In this document: positions 61,899 through 64,000 of the stretch, piece by piece
Numbering within the stretch: position 1 is the first letter of the stretch
Layout of the letters: every line of letters begins with the position of its first letter
Origin: Trichodelitschia bisporula
Taxonomy: Eukaryota
Direction of reading: 5' to 3'
Assembly (NCBI GenBank): GCA_010356995.1
Contig: ML996688.1
Span: 1,586,579-1,650,578, forward strand
Length of the DNA stretch: 64,000 bases
Program-made: the position numbers and the translations under genes
The notes under the pieces: model-generated
Seen by the model: only the letters and a program-made list of their open reading frames with translations
Told to the model about the DNA's origin: nothing
Databases searched by the model: none

Positions 61899-63990
61899 AT
61901 GAGTGCAAACTCCTCTCCCCTCTCTTCGCCGCCCTCCACGGACGACGAGATGCCATCCTTCACGAGCACCCTCAAACGTGGCGACCTCACTCTCTCCAGT
62001 TGCGATAGCTCCCCTTCGACCAAGTTGCCTCCTCCGTCAAAGCGCAAGCGTCCGGCCTCCCCTCCGCATGAAGAGGTTCTCGCAGACAAAGATGATATTG
62101 CGGTATGTTGTTGGCGCGTAAATCGCGTCGAGAAGTGCGCGAAATGCGCGTACACGGCGGGCTGCTCGGGTACCTTTGAGATCAGGTTGCTAACGCCTCC
62201 GTCGCATTCATAGTTCATCGTCATGTTCCGGTCGCGCTTCAGCGAAGTGTTTTCCACCAAGTTGATTCAGTTCGGGCCGCAGGATATCGAGCGCGGCGTC
62301 GCTGGTCAGCTGCCATCGCCTCAAGTTGAGGCACTGCTCTGCGCCCTTCTGGGCTTGGTCCTCAATCGCAAGAAGCCTGTTGAGTGAGTCCGGCATACCC
62401 TTCGCGTAAACATAGACGGAGTATAGGTTGGGGGCTCGAAGCTCCTGCTCTGTCTTCCTGGAACATGTTCTGACCACAACTGCAACATAGGCGCGGACAC
62501 TATGGGCGTGCCCTCGAAGAAGCCATATCGGTCAACAAGTCTCAGTGGCCTCGGGCGTGGGGTAGTGCCAACCCTATCAACAGCAACAGGTCCTTCAATA
62601 CGATGTCAGCTATGGAGCGCGTACGTATCTCTGCATTCTTCGACAGTACCTGACTAACAACACTAGCTCACTCTCCTGAAGGCGCTGATCATGTGGTCGT
62701 TGCACAGTTCCGATGCTGTCTCCGGCTTGATTAGAAAGTCCTACAAGCAGTCGCGCCACGATGATGACCTGAATCAACCTCTCTCTGTGCAGCCGTGGGG
62801 GCGTGACGGTGACAAGCGGAGATACTGGCTGATTGAAGGGCGTGATGACACTCCTTTCCGCCTCTATCGCGAAAGTAACCCGGTGCTGAAGAACGTCACC
62901 TGGCGGAGCGTTGCAGGCACGATTGACGAGCTGCGCGCCGTCGTTGAAAAGCTAAACGCAGATGGTACCCAGGCTGCGCGCCGACTTGCTGATCGCATCA
63001 CCAACGCCATTCCCCGGTTCGAGGCTACTGAGGAGGTATGTACTTTTGCTTACCATACAATGCAGTGGGGTTCTAACTGCGATACAGAAGCGTAAGCGAC
63101 GCGAGTACCGCCAGGCTAGAAAGGCCCAGTTCACGCGACCGGAGCCTGGATTCTCTCTCTATGAGGGCCGTACCCGTGGCAAGCGGATGAAGTACACTTT
63201 CTCAGATGAGGATGAGGAGGATGACTTAGAGGAGGATGACGTCGTCGAAAACAAGGGAACGCGCCGGTCCGCCCGGAATTCTGGCAAGAATTCCGGGACT
63301 GGCACTTCAGCTGAGCCCACTGGTCCAACCTACACCTCCAGTGGCCGGCGCACCGGATTACGCGGCGGAAGCAAAGACGTCAGCGGCCCGTCGAGCACTG
63401 CTGGAATTTCTCCAGCTGCGGAAGACCCCAACCATACGGATGCTTCAAATGCTCCAGCACCCCGCAACGGCCGATCGACGCGGACTTCCGGCCGGGTCGG
63501 CAAGACTGAGTGGGCGAAAGGGCGGAAGCACATTGAATCGTACAACTCGGTCGACGAGATGGACGACGAAGAAGATGCAACTTCATCCGGTGGCGACTGG
63601 GATGGTGGGGATGAGGATGAACCGGAGGAGGTCGTTTCCGACGAAGACGAAGACAGCTCCATGGGAGACTCGGATTTTGACACTGAGCCTAAGAGTCTCA
63701 TTGTCAAGCTCCCCGTTGGCAATGGTGGACTCAAGGCTAATACGGATGTGAGCAAGCAGAATGACACGATCGCCGTCGCTGCACCCAAGCTGTCCATCAC
63801 CAACGGGACCTCGGTTCAAGCGCCTGCTGATCCAGCCGTCAAGACCCGCAACGGCGACTTTATTGTCCTCAAGTCGCCTGTGGAGCCAGCGTCCGTCAAG
63901 CCGGAACACGCTCTTGTCTTGAGCCCTGCGTCACAGCACAAACCCGTCGTGGCTGCCTTCGCTCCGTTGGCTGCTCAGGGTTCGCAGTGA
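61899..63990 (+). CDS. WHIM/WSD-domain chromatin protein (putative ISWI accessory factor); multi-exon
   Basis: MSANSSPLSSPP, RPASPPHEEVLAD..FIVMFRSRF, QPWGRDGDKRRYWLIEG..FRLYRE (WSD-like G.D...R.YW), SLYEGRTRGKRMKYTF; acidic tail. Confidence 0.75.
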
Positions 63991-64000
63991 TGTGTTCATG

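Noticed and set aside
1..64000. tRNA, rRNA, snRNA genes, CRISPR arrays or a secondary-metabolite cluster
   Set aside because: No cloverleaf or A/B boxes, rRNA or snRNA signatures, repeat-spacer array or PKS/NRPS backbone were recognised by eye.

Overview
Gene-dense genomic DNA of a filamentous ascomycete (Pezizomycotina, probably Dothideomycete-like), judged from short ~45-55 nt GT-AG introns with CTRAC branch points and fungal orthologues. About 20 conserved genes are recognisable: CBP80 (runs off the left edge), SEC72, a secreted subtilisin, a T5orf172/MUG113 protein, an AhpC/TSA-like protein, an SDR, a phosducin-like protein, a CE5 esterase, SKP1, VRG4, a WDR70-like protein, an MFS permease, a NIPA transporter, a small putative APC16/Apc9-like gene, RAI1/DXO, STE12, STH1/SNF21, a BAR protein, RPL2 and a WHIM/WSD protein. 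The most unusual feature lies between STE12 and STH1 (45.8-50.1 kb): five co-oriented, apparently intronless, highly diverged paralogues (3 intact, 1 truncated, 1 pseudogene). Their shared motif pattern resembles the N-terminal capsid region of Ty1/copia Gag, yet I saw no LTR or pol, so they are a candidate domesticated Gag-derived family. Also notable are a long base-paired structure in the RAI1 intron next to an 8-nt microexon, and a 7.3-kb gene-free region upstream of STE12. All family assignments come from motif recognition by eye; no database search was run.
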